Assembly: GCA_050575255.1 (NCBI GenBank)
Contig: JBNZDD010013683.1
Location: forward strand, 2,783,928-2,847,927
Origin: Harriotta raleighana
Lineage: Eukaryota
Direction of reading: 5' to 3'
Length of the DNA: 64,000 bases
The translations under genes were made by a program, and so were the position numbers. Positions 62,248 through 64,000 of this stretch are shown one piece after another (within the stretch, counting starts at the first letter, position 1; every line of letters begins with the position of its first letter). The notes below the pieces were generated by a model that had not been told where the DNA came from, made no database searches, and worked only from the letters and a program-made list of their open reading frames with translations.

Positions 62248-64000
62248 GTTGCTTTTATCTTGGGTATAGCAGAAGCAAATGCCATTTCAATAATCAAACA
62301 GTGGAACACTGCCAATGATGTAGTACTCTGCACATGCATCGTGCTTTCACTGTTGACTCAGACAGTGGTTAAATACTCTCATGTGTACTCTGCTTCGTAT
62401 GTTGAGGAGAATAGTAGAATTCCCTGTTTAGTTGGCTTATAATATCAAACTCACTTTCTACACTGCATACTCCTCTGTACGTTTCCCATTGCTAAGCCCT
62501 TGTTTTACCACTTATATCGCAAAGAGAGAAATTAAAGTCCTATTTTTAATTCATGTAATTTCTGTCCCTCTGATAGTCTGATACTCCGTATGCAACTATT
62601 ACGAAAGGCTAAAACATTGGAACAGAAGCAATTTAGACTAGGTCAAAAGAACTATGAGTGCTTCAACTTAAATGCATGTTACACACAACCATAATAAGAT
62701 GGTATTTCATATCTTGTAATACACTCTAGAGACTTGTGCTTATTGATTTCTTTACATTCAATGCCAAAAGCCCAGTGGGTTGCAGTGTAACGCTTTAAAC
62801 CATTTCCATATATGTCTTTATCATTATTTTTCACAAACCAGGTGATTGAACACCATGTCTTGTTTAGAATAGATTCTTGCCCAAGGCTGCTCCCAAATAT
62901 CAACGGGACAGTAAACAGATCCACTCGTACAATTATTCTAATCATTGTTGCTAATCAGGCATTCTGAGTTCTGAACTTAATGTCACATAATGAGAGGGAA
63001 AGTATCATGTCACCACTCATATAAATACTGCCTGGCTGGTTCCCACTCGGACATTATTTAGAAATAGGTTATACGATCCCTCAAAGTGTTCACAGGTTGT
63101 TGTTGCGTTTTCTTATAATTGTTTGGTATTCGCCATATGTTTGGATTTGTTGGAACCTTGTTTCTGTTCCACTTCCCATTTTTTTCTCTCCGCATCATCA
63201 ATAGAAAGAAACAGCTCTAATCTTTTTTTTCCCCAAATGTTTATTGTCCTTCATAACTTTCAACAATCTAAGACAAGTTGTTCGTGCATTATTGTCTTAT
63301 TTAAGTGATTTTTTTTTTAACTTGCCCATGGTCGTAGATTTTCTTGCTTTGTGAATCTAGACTTTGCTCACATTTCTCCACATAATTCAAACTGTCCTGC
63401 AAATGCAGCTGCTGACCTGTTCCTTTGTTTTATGGGGTGCTGTTAACTTCACCACATCGGAGAGTGAAACGCAGCCTTTCTATCATAATAAATGCCACGA
63501 TTCTGCTTAAATTGTGCCATCATTGTAAAGATTAAATGCAATTGAAAAAATTAAAAGTCATCTAACGTTTAATCTTGAAGAATACAACCATTCTAGACAG
63601 GGTGAACCCGTTTTAGTCCATGCTAAATTTTACATAATGTCTAACCGATTGAGTGGTACCAAACAACTGTCTGGTAACGGAGAGAACGCATGTCATTTCC
63701 AAGTTAATTGATGGTAATTTCACTCCCTATCATTGATATAAGCAACAGTTCAAGAATTGCTTTCATCCAGAAATACTCCGCATGGACCATTTCACTGGGT
63801 TCATTCCTGGGAACATGAGCAGAATATGAGTTACATTCTTTGTCTCAAATTGTTGTCACTCTGACCTCAAAGTGATTGTGTACTTCACAGAATAGTTGGG
63901 ATCCTGGGAGTAGTTGTTTCCTGCAGCTGAATTGGAAATCTTTGGTGTAGTCACAGAGGAGGTTAGTTTCTGAGTCTCAGAAATCCTGGTCTCTAAATGA

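Noticed and set aside
62679-62945. Trp-rich minus-strand reading reminiscent of an L1/Tx1 ORF2 C-terminus
   Set aside because: Multiple stops and no diagnostic motif; cannot be supported without a search.
63022-63680. Partial matches to miR-200b (aatactgcctgg) and miR-200a (actgtctggtaacg)
   Set aside because: Incomplete mature sequences with no precursor hairpins.

Overview
AT-rich (roughly 37-40% GC by eye), repeat-dense vertebrate non-coding DNA. The repeat set points to a cartilaginous fish, probably a chimaera such as elephant shark (inferred from recalled repeat consensi): tRNA-headed SINEs with (ATT)n tails, Deu-domain SINEs, L2 3' ends with (GTT)n tails, CR1 RT fragments and a shark-type Penelope-derived element. 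I can identify no host protein-coding gene, rRNA, tRNA gene or CRISPR array. The only protein-like ORFs are retroelement debris (CR1 RT, L2 ORF2 and a frameshifted DIRS-like tyrosine recombinase fossil), so the window is most likely a large intron or gene desert. Best leads: a Penelope-type minimal hammerhead ribozyme motif, the DIRS recombinase fossil, modular SINE evolution with covarying 3' stem-loops, a box C/D snoRNA-like segment, three palindromic hairpin elements, TE-depleted enhancer-like blocks and a CTCF site. Several exact duplications abut single 'n' bases and look like assembly artefacts. I found no clearly novel multi-gene system. Coordinates of degraded repeats are approximate.
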